Part shown: one piece after another, positions 63,715 through 64,000 of the stretch
Position numbering within the stretch: position 1 is the first letter of the stretch
Layout of the letters: each line of letters begins with the position of its first letter
Notes under the pieces: generated by a model
The model's database searches: none
What the model saw: only the letters and a program-made list of their open reading frames with translations
Told to the model about the DNA's origin: nothing
Position numbers and translations under genes: made by a program
Assembly: GCA_002633005.1 (NCBI GenBank)
Contig: NMRA01000158.1
Location: 498,433-562,432, forward strand
Length of the DNA: 64,000 nucleotides
Source of the DNA: Phoronis australis
Taxonomy: Eukaryota > Animalia > Phoronida
Reading direction: 5' to 3'

Positions 63715-64000
63715 CACAACTACTTTTCAGGAACGGATAATAAAACTATGAAGGAAATGGGTGAGGGAGTTAGAACTAGGATAATGCAGAGTACTGATAA
63801 CCACCAACCGCATACAGCGCAGAAACAAGAGATGATCCATCATTTTAAACATTGTCCCCAAACAGAGCCATGCTAATAAGACAGCAATGGGTGCTTAATG
63901 GAAAATTCTCAAATATAGGGGGTGGGTGCTTGTAGTCGAGCAGAGGACACTTAATCTAAAATTTTCAAATGTATAGATAAGGTGGTTATATGAACAGGGG

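Overview
Eukaryotic, AT-rich, repeat-dense DNA, most likely from a marine invertebrate bilaterian (inference); most short ORFs in the track are noise. Supported content: (1) a large minus-strand multi-exon gene (42911 to beyond 61184; 16 phase-consistent GT-AG exons, about 1390 codons visible, 5' end not seen) encoding a POGZ/ZNF280-family C2H2 zinc-finger protein. It keeps the MECxEEEL N-terminal motif and the HP1-binding HPZ-like finger but ends in an acidic disordered region plus an RGG tail, with no pogo transposase domain. (2) An intronless 380-aa plus-strand CDS (6992-8134) whose C-terminal half carries ADP-ribosyltransferase-fold-like motifs; this is the best novelty candidate. (3) A probable spliced, apparently non-coding minus-strand transcript (about 34077 to 24300) starting at an E2F/ZNF143/YY1-type promoter with a pyrimidine-rich start. 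(4) Many mobile elements: a decayed Helitron/Helentron-like block with internal templated duplications (about 9.5-21.5 kb), two DINE-1/HINE-type elements, foldback satellite elements centred on twin hairpins, an inverted-repeat element enclosing L1/Tx1 and Penelope fragments, a Tc2/pogo-like MITE, two CAGGG-ended hAT-like elements with 5- and 6-bp TSDs, an internally deleted LTR element, and several small MITEs plus a SINE head. No rRNA, bona fide tRNA or CRISPR array was seen.
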